DNA of 64,000 bases. Source: an uncultured Pseudobdellovibrionaceae bacterium (lineage in GTDB: Bacteria; Pseudomonadota; Alphaproteobacteria; Micavibrionales; Micavibrionaceae). Shown piece by piece: positions 37,563-46,256 of the stretch. The notes under the pieces were generated by a model. That model made no database searches. It saw nothing but the letters and a program-made list of their open reading frames with translations, and was not told where the DNA came from. Within the stretch, counting starts at the first letter, position 1, and each line of letters opens with the position of its first letter. The translations under genes and the position numbers were made by a program. Where the stretch lies: contig CAZBNG010000001.1 of NCBI GenBank assembly GCA_964493095.1, forward strand, positions 22,600-86,599, read 5' to 3'.

Positions 37563-38704
37563 GTCTCCTTAAGGCCGACGACAATATCGCGGAAACCTGG
37601 CCTGACGAGCCGGACCGTTTTACCGACGAGCATGTCGATCCCTTCCTTTTATGGTGCGTAAAGAAGAACTCCTCGGATGTGACATTCCAGTCGGACCGCC
37701 CGGTTTACAACGAGATTCACGGTACATTATACCCTGCGACATACCGTAATCTTGATGCGGCGGACATGGCCGTCCTGCTGACAAAAATTTACGGCCCGGA
37801 AGCGCAGGCCCGTCTGGCCTCGGCCCGCGATCTTGATGTTTCTTACGAAATTCGGCCCGACCGCTATACGCGTCACCGTTTTCGCGTCAACATCACCGCC
37901 GTGCTTTCCCGCGGCCGTGACGCCGCGCAGATCACCATGCGTGTTCTTCCCAGCGAACCGCCGACGATGAAAGATCTCGGCGTCGAGGAGGATATCGTCA
38001 ATAACTGGGCGCCCCGGCAAGGCATTGTGATTGTCACCGGGCCGACGGGGTCGGGAAAAACCACGCTACTGGCCGCCGGTAACCGCCTGCTGCTGGAACG
38101 TCCGCGCGGATGCGGCAAGATGCTGACATATGAATCTCCTATTGAATATGTTTACGATTCCATTCATTCGCCGCGCTCCCTCGTCGCGCAGAGCGAGATT
38201 CCCCGCCACCTTCCCAATTTCGCTCATGGCGTGCGCAATGCCCTGCGCCGCAAACCCGAGGTAATCCTTGTAGGAGAGGCCCGCGACCGCGAAACCATCA
38301 ATGCTTCGATCGAAGCGGCGCAGACAGGTCATGCCGTCTATACCACAACGCACACCACAGGCGTCGCCAACACCGTGCAGCGTATGCTTTCCACCTATGA
38401 CATGAGCGAGCGTGAGGAACGCGCGATTGCCCTCATGGAAACTTTGCGCATGATCGTTACACAGTCGCTCGTTCCGCGGATCGGCGGAGGGCGGATCGGC
38501 ATCCGGGAGTGGATGATTTTCCCCGACGAAGTGCGTGAAAAACTTATGGATATGGACTTCACCCGCTGGCCGTCAGAGCTTCACCGCATGATCGCCTATT
38601 ACGGCCAGACAATGGAGCGTTCTGCCGAAATAGAATACGAAGCGGGCAAGATCGACCGGCGCGCCTATCTCCTGCTTTCCGCCAGTACCGGCGCGGGCAG
38701 CTAA
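37541..38704 (+). CDS. dotB: T4BSS ATPase DotB (PilT/GspE-superfamily; IncI TraJ-like)
   Basis: Walker A is VTGPTGSGKTT, followed by an Asp box, Walker B (ILVGEARD) and a His box (TGHAVYTTTHT). Confidence 0.9.
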   Translation: MATRKPVSLLKADDNIAETWPDEPDRFTDEHVDPFLLWCVKKNSSDVTFQSDRPVYNEIHGTLYPATYRNLDAADMAVLLTKIYGPEAQARLASARDLDVSYEIRPDRYTRHRFRVNITAVLSRGRDAAQITMRVLPSEPPTMKDLGVEEDIVNNWAPRQGIVIVTGPTGSGKTTLLAAGNRLLLERPRGCGKMLTYESPIEYVYDSIHSPRSLVAQSEIPRHLPNFAHGVRNALRRKPEVILVGEARDRETINASIEAAQTGHAVYTTTHTTGVANTVQRMLSTYDMSEREERAIALMETLRMIVTQSLVPRIGGGRIGIREWMIFPDEVREKLMDMDFTRWPSELHRMIAYYGQTMERSAEIEYEAGKIDRRAYLLLSASTGAGS

Positions 38705-38800
38705 ATATTTCCCCAAACCGCTCATTTTAATTTATAATATCTAGGTAAATGGCGTTTTGCCCGCTTTCGCGGCATCAGCGCCTGCAAAACAGGGGACACT

Positions 38801-39100
38801 GTGACCAAAGAGATTGATAACATACAGGATAAGCTAAACTGGCACTGGCGCAACTCCATGCGGCCCGTGCGGTTTTTCGCTTTCGACGCCCGCGCGGCCA
38901 TCATGATCCCCGTTCTTCTGGTCTATGCCCGCCTTTCCACTATCCTGATTACCATAGCCCTGATGTTCTTTTTCCGTTTTCTGGAGCGCAAGGGCCTGAC
39001 TTTTCCCGCCGCCCTGCGCGCGTTTCGTTCCTGGGTGGTCACGCCCAACAGGCCCGGCTGGATCGGCGTTCACAAAAAACGTTTTACCGATTTCGGTTAG
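38801..39100 (+). CDS. icmT: T4BSS small inner-membrane protein IcmT (IncI TraK-like)
   Basis: It has a GTG start. HWRNSMRPVRFFAFDARAA, followed by a hydrophobic hairpin, matches the remembered IcmT/TraK pattern (HWRDS..FFF.DARAA). It lies downstream of dotB, as in IncI traHIJK. Confidence 0.72.
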   Translation: MTKEIDNIQDKLNWHWRNSMRPVRFFAFDARAAIMIPVLLVYARLSTILITIALMFFFRFLERKGLTFPAALRAFRSWVVTPNRPGWIGVHKKRFTDFG

Positions 39101-39212
39101 CCCCAATTTCCCGCTACAAACAACCGCTTGACCCTTGTGTTTTACAATTGCGCCCTTTATCCTCGTAATGGTCTCGTGATATTTGCGAATTGAAAGAAAA
39201 GGGCTGGTTTTC

Positions 39213-40586
39213 ATGCGCGCTTTAACGCTTTCCTGTTTCTCCGCCGTAATGGGTTTGAGTATCACCCTTGGGGCAAGCGCCGCTTTCGCGGGATTCCAAT
39301 GGTCTCCTCCTTCCGAGCATGCACCACCGCCGCCTTCACATTCTTCGGGTGAAAAGCCTGTTATGCTGCAAGATGACAGCACGCTCAATGAACTGCCCAC
39401 CGTTGATGCCGGGCAATCAACGCAGTCTCAAAATACGCCGTCTCCTGTCATACACCGGCAAAATGTCCAGCCTACGCCGACAACGTCACGTCAGCCTGCG
39501 GCATCGGCGGCGGCATCTTCCGGCCTGCGCATTCCCCCGGTAACTTCCGGGCCTTTGCCCAAACCGGGTGCGCCCATTTCCCTTCTCGAACATCCGCCTG
39601 AGGAGCCTTCGGCGCCGTCAGCCAGCCCGCAACATAATGGTAATGCGCCCTATGTAGCTTCACAGCCCATCCAGTCCGAACCCCTGGCTCCTCCGCCGAC
39701 ACCCGGCGAAACTTCTTCCATGCAACAACCCGCACAGCTAAAGGTAAAAACAGTAGGAGGAAGTGGACAGCAGGGTGACGCAGAGTCTCCAACGGCAACG
39801 CCTTACACAAGACGCGAACCCGTAAAGCGCATGAGTCCGGCCACAAAACCGCTGGCCAAACCAGCGATTACCCTTATCGCAAAACTGCCGGGAGAAAACG
39901 GTGACTATTCGCCGGTTAGCGGCTTTGGGACCGACATGCCGCTGGCACTGGCGCTGCAGCAGGTTGTGCCCCCTTCTTACGGTTATATTCCGGAAGGAAA
40001 AGTGGATCTGGGAGCCCGCGTATCCTGGAGCGGCGATGGCCGGCCATGGGATGCCGTCCTTAATGAGATGCTGGCGCCTCTGGGTCTGACCTCGGAAATA
40101 CGCGGGAAAAACGTTCACCTTCGTAAGCAGGACGCTCCTATAGAAATGGTGGAACAATACGTTGACACGACCCGGGCGGCTTCAGCGCAAAAACAGCCAT
40201 CGGCCACGTCTTTTGATGCGCCCGCAAAAAGCAGCGGTTCCATGGAAAAACCTTCGGAAAGGCCCGCTTATTCACGGGCAGAAAATCCTGCCCTGTCGAT
40301 GACCTCGGATATGTCCCGGACGGTGCCATCAAACGCCCCGGTAACAACGGGAAGCAAGCTCTGGCAGGCTACGCAGGGAGAGAGCCTGCGCACTATTCTT
40401 ACAACGTGGAGCCAAAGAGCGGGCTTTTCCCTTGTCTGGCAATCACCACAAGATTTTTCGATCACTTCCGACATACTGGTTACCGGAAGCTTTGAAAATG
40501 CGCTGGATATTCTGATGCATTACGGGCTGGGAAGCGCTGCGCCGTCATATGAATTAAAGCCCGGCATTCTGGTCGTAAAAGATTAG
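39213..40586 (+). CDS. Secreted proline-rich protein with a C-terminal TcpQ/PilL-like domain
   Basis: It has the signal peptide MRALTLSCFSAVMGLSITLGASAAFA and ~200 aa of Pro/Ser/Gln-rich linker. An STN-like segment follows (LALALQQVVPPSYGY...VLNEMLAPLGL), then WQATQGESLRTILTTWSQRAGFSLVWQSPQDFSITSDILVTGSFENALDIL. Confidence 0.5.
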   Translation: MRALTLSCFSAVMGLSITLGASAAFAGFQWSPPSEHAPPPPSHSSGEKPVMLQDDSTLNELPTVDAGQSTQSQNTPSPVIHRQNVQPTPTTSRQPAASAAASSGLRIPPVTSGPLPKPGAPISLLEHPPEEPSAPSASPQHNGNAPYVASQPIQSEPLAPPPTPGETSSMQQPAQLKVKTVGGSGQQGDAESPTATPYTRREPVKRMSPATKPLAKPAITLIAKLPGENGDYSPVSGFGTDMPLALALQQVVPPSYGYIPEGKVDLGARVSWSGDGRPWDAVLNEMLAPLGLTSEIRGKNVHLRKQDAPIEMVEQYVDTTRAASAQKQPSATSFDAPAKSSGSMEKPSERPAYSRAENPALSMTSDMSRTVPSNAPVTTGSKLWQATQGESLRTILTTWSQRAGFSLVWQSPQDFSITSDILVTGSFENALDILMHYGLGSAAPSYELKPGILVVKD

Positions 40587-40599
40587 TGACAGACTTTTA

Positions 40600-41805
40600 C
40601 TAGATATAATTCACAAGACTGAGCTTGCTGATACTTGCCGTCACGCTGTAAGAAGCCTCCATCTGAATTTGGAGGATATTGATCTTCAGCGCCACTTCGT
40701 TAATGTCGGCGTCTTCCGTATCGGAGATTACGTTCAGTAGCAAATTCTGCGTATCCTGGTGTTTTTTGCTGACTTCATCGATCCGGGCACGCGCATTTTC
40801 CAGTTTAAAACGTACACCGTCGATTTCATCAAGTGCATTGTTTACCATCGACGTCATCTGGTTAAAAACCGCGTAGAAATTTTCCTTCTGCTCTTGCAGC
40901 GTATCGCCGGGGGCTCCTTTTATATCAGGAGCATTGGGCGGCGCATTGGGTGGGGTATAAACATCGGCAATCGGCCCCAAGGCGGGGTTTTTAAAGAAGG
41001 AAACCGCCACCAGAACATCCCGGAATCCTTTATCATTAGCCAACGCCGTATAATCTATATCCGCGTTTTCATCAACGCGGCTAAACACGCTGCCTGCGGT
41101 GCCGGAGCTAAGCGCCGCGTTAAAACCCACGATACTGTCGGTCATCGCATCGGGATCGACGCTTGCATCGCGACCTTTCAGGGCATTTATGAAGCTCGCT
41201 GTGGTAATGTTATTTGCGCTGCCCTCGTCTTTCCAGTTTGAAAAAAGGGTGGACATCGCCGTATCAAGAATGCCGTTATTGTCAAAAGGCTTGGTATTTG
41301 TCTCCGCGCCGCCCAGAAGATAACGATTGCCTTCTTTGGAATTCAGAAGTTCACCGACAAAGTCGAAAATACCCTCGGCAAGATCCTGCAGGGTTTTAAG
41401 GTCAAGATCAGGATCGCCTGACGTATAACCCTTGGCAATATTGTCGTTCGCCTCCGTAGACGGATTATCATAGTATACAATATCGCCCTGCTGGTGTGCC
41501 CCCTGCTGGGAAAACCCGACAAGCAGATTTGATAGCTCTTTAACCTGCGCCTGGAATTCCTCAATAGCGTTCAATGTCAGATTAATCCGCGTATCGGCTT
41601 TTTTCGCATTGCCGATGTAAGTATCCAGGGACTTAAAATCGGCGCGTGTGCGTTTGGAGGTCAGAACGTTTTCCCCCAGACCGGAAAATTTTTGCGTTTT
41701 CTTTCCGGTCGCAAGCTGACTGTTAAGATTGTCAAACTGTAATTGCAGTTCCTTCAGGCGATCTACCTGCGCTAAAGACTGACCTAACGTTGAAATGGCT
41801 GTCAT
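40600..41805 (-). CDS. flgL: Flagellar hook-associated protein 3 (hook-filament junction)
   Basis: It has flagellin-like N- and C-terminal helices (MTAISTLGQSLAQVDRLKELQLQFDNLNSQLATGKK ... ASISKLSLVNYI) and lies directly downstream of flgK. Confidence 0.8.
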   Translation of the reverse strand: MTAISTLGQSLAQVDRLKELQLQFDNLNSQLATGKKTQKFSGLGENVLTSKRTRADFKSLDTYIGNAKKADTRINLTLNAIEEFQAQVKELSNLLVGFSQQGAHQQGDIVYYDNPSTEANDNIAKGYTSGDPDLDLKTLQDLAEGIFDFVGELLNSKEGNRYLLGGAETNTKPFDNNGILDTAMSTLFSNWKDEGSANNITTASFINALKGRDASVDPDAMTDSIVGFNAALSSGTAGSVFSRVDENADIDYTALANDKGFRDVLVAVSFFKNPALGPIADVYTPPNAPPNAPDIKGAPGDTLQEQKENFYAVFNQMTSMVNNALDEIDGVRFKLENARARIDEVSKKHQDTQNLLLNVISDTEDADINEVALKINILQIQMEASYSVTASISKLSLVNYI

Positions 41806-41822
41806 TTTCCTTTTCCTTTTTC

Positions 41823-44345
41823 TTATCCGAAGCCTATGGCGTTCAGGAGTTCTTTAAACATATCGTCTACCGCGTTAATAACGCGGGCCGAGGCCGAGAA
41901 AGCGTTCTGGTAAAGAATAAGGTTGCCAAGCTCCTCGTCCAGATTAACCCCGGATTCGTTTTGCAGTTGCTGCTCTAAAATATCTTGCAGGGTACTGTCG
42001 TCCTCAAGGTGCCCTTCGACGGTTGTTAACTCCTGCGCTTGCTGGTTCACCATTCTTTGTGCGTAATCGATCAGGTTGATGGCGCCTACAATCTGCGTGG
42101 AAATGCTGGCATCGGGCCCAAGCAACGTTTCGCGGAACGCCAACGTGGGAATAGGGGGCGTTGCCGAAGCGTCGGTTTCAGACGCATAGCTGGTTGCCGT
42201 CACCGGGGAGTTATTTTGAATCGGGCCTGTACTGTAGGTTCCGAAAAGAGCGGAAACGATATTTACACCGTCGTCAATACTGGCGCGGGTGCTGCCCCCC
42301 GCGATACCTGTGGCCGCATAAGTTGCCCCGTTGGTTTTAAAAGAGCCGCCGACAATTTTCAGATCGCCGCCAAAATCCGGATTCGTGTAATCGTTTCCGG
42401 GGCGCAGCCGCAGGAAACCCGTATCTGTGCCCGCCGTGGCAAATTGGGACTCATCGACAGCCAGACCGGGAACGGCATTCAATTGTGCCACCAGTTCGGT
42501 GATCGTATCGTTAGGATCAATCGTGATACGGGTCAGCGTATTATTACCGACAGCAATATCAAAATACGGATCCGTAGCCTCTACCGTCTGCGGTGACATA
42601 CCAAGATAGGCAAAACCTGTTTCAGAAAGCCCTTCCGTACCCGCCGCTGCAATGGTGATATCGCTGGTTGCGGAAAAATTAAGCTCTCCGCCGGAGCCGA
42701 TACTAACCGTAGGGGCATAGCGGGCCACAGCAGGCGTACCGGTTATAATGGTGTCTATTTCATTCTGAATAAATGCCCGCAGTTGCTCGGCGGCGTTATC
42801 GATCGTTCCGCCACCGACAGGATCCACCGCACCGATTTCAAAAGCGCCACCCGCATCAAATGCGGCATCGCGCAAATCCACCGTAACCGTCTGTGTACCA
42901 ATCGCGAGATCGGGATCGGAAAAAGCAATTGTAAAACGATCCGTTTCAGACCCCGGAGACGTCCCGAAAGCGGTGGCGCTTCCCGCCGCAAGCATGGCGG
43001 CAACGCTGGTATATTGCGTCAGATCGGTATTACCGTGCATGTTATTCGTCGAGTAAAGCCCCAGCCATGTTTGCAGGTCGTCACCGCCTGTATTCAGCAG
43101 ATCGACCCCTGTTGTAGATTCAGCGGAATTAATGGCCTGCTGATAATTTAAATCGCCAAAAGTAAACTGCAGAACGCGGCGGATAACCTGATTTGAACCT
43201 GAAGATACCGATTCACCCGTTGTTCCCTGCTGCAAAAGCGTACTATCAAGTAAAATTGCCGCATTCACCTGGATATCAGAGGCAAAGCCTACATACGGAA
43301 CAGACGTGGCCGGCGGTCCGGCATCGGGATCAGGCGCCGTATCGGCGGGCACTTTACCGGTAGAATCGGTAAATAATTTCAGACCCTGGGCTTCAAAACG
43401 CATCGCCAGCTTATGCGCCAGCTCATCCAGCTGCGCCAACTGACGTGGAAATTTGTCATCCCGCAGATCAATAAGACCACCCAGCTTTCCATTGGGAGAC
43501 GTATCCGTAATATCAATAGCAGACGCCAGCGTTGAAGGATCGCCGTTAAACTGCTTGGGTACGACATAGATACCTTCTACGGAATCCGGATAATATGTCG
43601 TGGCGGCCAGCGGCTTGGCATTAAACATGAGCTTTCTTGCGTTCTCATCGGCAAGCTCCACACCCTGGTTCGTTTGCACGACCATGACGCCGTCGCCGCG
43701 TTTAAAAAAGCTTATTTCAATTAAATTGGATAATTCTTTAATAGCGGAATCACGGTCGTCTTCCAGCGCCGCCGTACTGCGACTCAGGTTCAGGCTGCTT
43801 TGAATCTGCTGGTTTGCCACGGCGATCCGGTTCAAAAGACTGTTAATATCGGTAACGGTCTGCTGCGCTTCCGTCTGGGCATCGTTACGAAGAGAGTTAA
43901 TCAGCGTTGCCAGATCATTAATTTTCGTAGATACGTCCTGCGCTTCATTGACAACGCTGGCCTGCAGAAAAATATCTCCGGGAGTGTCCGAAAGCGCGGA
44001 AAAAGAATCCTTCAGACGGGAAATTTCTGCCGCAATCGACAACTCTGCATCCGGCGGCCCGTGAAACTGCTCAACCCGGCTTAAATAGGACTGTTGAATG
44101 GTTGAAAAACCCACCGCGCTTACCTGTGTCCAGAGATCGCGCGAAAGGTTCAAACTGACGTTACGAACGATGGTCTCGCTCGCAACTCCCACTGTAAGCC
44201 CTTGAATCGATTGTGAAGTCTGCCCTACCAGCTTTCTCGTATAGCCGGGCGTGCTAACGTTCGCAACATTGTTGGAAATGTTGCTGATCTGCTGTTGTGC
44301 TACTCTCATGCCCGAAAGGGCGGCGTCCAGACTGGCTAAACTCAT
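41823..44345 (-). CDS. flgK: Flagellar hook-associated protein 1 (840 aa)
   Basis: It has the N-terminal rod/hook motif SGMRVAQQQISNISNNVANVSTPGYTRK and the C-terminal NLILYQNAFSASARVINAVDDMFKELLN. Confidence 0.92.
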   Translation of the reverse strand: MSLASLDAALSGMRVAQQQISNISNNVANVSTPGYTRKLVGQTSQSIQGLTVGVASETIVRNVSLNLSRDLWTQVSAVGFSTIQQSYLSRVEQFHGPPDAELSIAAEISRLKDSFSALSDTPGDIFLQASVVNEAQDVSTKINDLATLINSLRNDAQTEAQQTVTDINSLLNRIAVANQQIQSSLNLSRSTAALEDDRDSAIKELSNLIEISFFKRGDGVMVVQTNQGVELADENARKLMFNAKPLAATTYYPDSVEGIYVVPKQFNGDPSTLASAIDITDTSPNGKLGGLIDLRDDKFPRQLAQLDELAHKLAMRFEAQGLKLFTDSTGKVPADTAPDPDAGPPATSVPYVGFASDIQVNAAILLDSTLLQQGTTGESVSSGSNQVIRRVLQFTFGDLNYQQAINSAESTTGVDLLNTGGDDLQTWLGLYSTNNMHGNTDLTQYTSVAAMLAAGSATAFGTSPGSETDRFTIAFSDPDLAIGTQTVTVDLRDAAFDAGGAFEIGAVDPVGGGTIDNAAEQLRAFIQNEIDTIITGTPAVARYAPTVSIGSGGELNFSATSDITIAAAGTEGLSETGFAYLGMSPQTVEATDPYFDIAVGNNTLTRITIDPNDTITELVAQLNAVPGLAVDESQFATAGTDTGFLRLRPGNDYTNPDFGGDLKIVGGSFKTNGATYAATGIAGGSTRASIDDGVNIVSALFGTYSTGPIQNNSPVTATSYASETDASATPPIPTLAFRETLLGPDASISTQIVGAINLIDYAQRMVNQQAQELTTVEGHLEDDSTLQDILEQQLQNESGVNLDEELGNLILYQNAFSASARVINAVDDMFKELLNAIGFG

Positions 44346-44395
44346 TTATGCTTCCTTGCCTTATTTTTCGGCTTTTTTGTTCTGAATGAACATAT

Positions 44396-44410
44396 GCAAG
44401 GAAGATGCCA
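44396..44410 (-). promoter_or_regulatory. Near-consensus sigma-54 (-24/-12) promoter upstream of flgK
   Basis: The minus strand reads CTGGCATCTTCCTTGCAT, that is TGGCA-N6-TTGCA with canonical GG/GC spacing. The -12 element lies ~51 nt upstream of the flgK ATG. Confidence 0.6.
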
Positions 44411-44489
44411 GAGCGCTCCGACACAGAATGTTTTTAGAAAAATAAAAAAATATTTGAAATCAAAAGATTATACAGCTGTTTTTTAAGCG

Positions 44490-46256
44490 CTATTTTATAG
44501 AGCTGTTTTGCACAGCCGTTTTCATCTCGCTGTTCGTGGAGGAAAGGCGTTGGGTCACGGCTTCCTCCACCATCATGGCGATCAGCATTTCACGGCGCAG
44601 GGAAGATTCATATGCATCGCGAGCCTGCATAAGCTGAATAGCCTGCATGGACACATCCATACGCTTTACGTTGGTGGGCTTGTCATAGAGATTGGTGTAA
44701 AAATCAGGGTTTTGCAGCATCTTTTTGCTTAAAACGTCCATTTGGGCATAGTAGCTGGGATTCTTGCCAAGCATTTTCGTTATTTCATCGTCGGAAAGGC
44801 CGAATTCCCGCATCATGGACTTCATGTGGGCGCCACCGCTTTTTTCCGCTAAATCATTAGGTTCTGCCGCTTTCATCGCCGCTATGCTTACAAAAGAATT
44901 ATGCGCTACGTTTTGCATCGCGATAACCTGCCTTATATCCATAAATCCCTTGTACTTGCTATCAAGCTCACCTTTAGGATTTTCAAAAGTGGAGGGCCCG
45001 TAAAGATTTTTACCCATGGCAATTATATCTTCAAGATCCTCCGGCGCCTCTGCCGCTTCAAAGTCCAGGTCAAGGGTCGCAGGCATGTAAAAAGTCTTTG
45101 TAAAATCAATGTCTTTGTTCAACCGTTGCTTGTCTGGCGCGCTACTTCCGCACATCCCGCTTAAACCGTTGTCGTTGTCATGAACATCGCAATAAACCTT
45201 TTTAAACTGTGCAATGCGGAGAGCCGCATCATTTGAGGGCCCGTCAGCGGAACTGCCGCCTTCCTCATTGGTGTAACGCGCCATAAACACCTTATTGAGC
45301 GCCTGTTTGGTAGCGTATGACCGCTGGTCTGACGCTGCAATGGAACGCATAAAAGAGCCCACACGGCACATTTCTTCGCTGGGATGATAGTCTTTAACCG
45401 CCTCGGCCTGAGTTTTCTGAAAAGCGCGCTGGCTTTGCAATATCTGATTGGCGTCAAAGAACGACCCGATCATCTGCATCTGCTGCAGGGCCTGAACCGA
45501 AAGCTGTTCCGTCATTTTCATCAATGAACGCACATAATTGGTCTTAATCAGGTCGATCTGTTTTTCGTGCTGTCCCGGGAAACAGGTGCTCAGGTCAATA
45601 TTGTGCAGTATCTGAATCTTACAGCCCAGATTTTTAAAAACGTTAACGCCGTCCGCCGTCGGTCCGCCGCCGCCTACGGCAAGCTGCACCTTTACGAGAA
45701 GATTGGAAGATTCGGGGCGAGTATCGTTCAGGCCGTAAAAGGCAACTTCAACCTCGCTGTTCGGAGCGTCATCGGACAACTTCAGAACATTCATTTCCGA
45801 CAACAGGCCGGACCAGTCCGTACGGGTTTTATAAATTTCTTCCCCGTGCCGGATTTCAACATCGGAAAAAGCCGGAAAACCGGAGGCGGAAAGGGAAAGC
45901 GCGGCGGAAACCGGGTCCTTCTTAAACAGAAGGTCAAAATCCTTTGAGGAAAACCGGTAAGCGATAATGTCTTTTTCCGAAGAAGGAAGTTCTGAAAAGG
46001 CGGCATTCCCCAAATCATCCGCCTTCACTTTGCTTCTCCGGGCTTCGCCGTCCGCCGAAAGAATTTCAAAGGAAACCTCCTCACCAGGAGCCAGACCTTT
46101 AGCGTAATTTTCCGAAAGCCCGGACGAAACGGAAGAATTGTCTGTCCCCGCTACTTTATCTGGAGGCGCTAAAGACACAAAATAAAGCCCCGCCCCCGCT
46201 ATAATCGCCGCGGAAATCAAACCTAAAACTATAAGATTTCTTTTAAACGCCCTCAT
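44490..46256 (-). CDS. Secreted Cys-containing paralog A (588 aa); possibly IcmX/TraW-like, family unconfirmed
   Basis: It has an N-terminal hydrophobic anchor or signal and a ~200-aa extra N-terminal domain. Its ~350-aa core aligns with the two upstream ORFs (KDYHPSEEMC, YCDVHDNDNGLSGMCG, GKNPSYYAQMDVLSKKMLQNPDFYTNLYDKP). Confidence 0.6.
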   Translation of the reverse strand: MRAFKRNLIVLGLISAAIIAGAGLYFVSLAPPDKVAGTDNSSVSSGLSENYAKGLAPGEEVSFEILSADGEARRSKVKADDLGNAAFSELPSSEKDIIAYRFSSKDFDLLFKKDPVSAALSLSASGFPAFSDVEIRHGEEIYKTRTDWSGLLSEMNVLKLSDDAPNSEVEVAFYGLNDTRPESSNLLVKVQLAVGGGGPTADGVNVFKNLGCKIQILHNIDLSTCFPGQHEKQIDLIKTNYVRSLMKMTEQLSVQALQQMQMIGSFFDANQILQSQRAFQKTQAEAVKDYHPSEEMCRVGSFMRSIAASDQRSYATKQALNKVFMARYTNEEGGSSADGPSNDAALRIAQFKKVYCDVHDNDNGLSGMCGSSAPDKQRLNKDIDFTKTFYMPATLDLDFEAAEAPEDLEDIIAMGKNLYGPSTFENPKGELDSKYKGFMDIRQVIAMQNVAHNSFVSIAAMKAAEPNDLAEKSGGAHMKSMMREFGLSDDEITKMLGKNPSYYAQMDVLSKKMLQNPDFYTNLYDKPTNVKRMDVSMQAIQLMQARDAYESSLRREMLIAMMVEEAVTQRLSSTNSEMKTAVQNSSIK

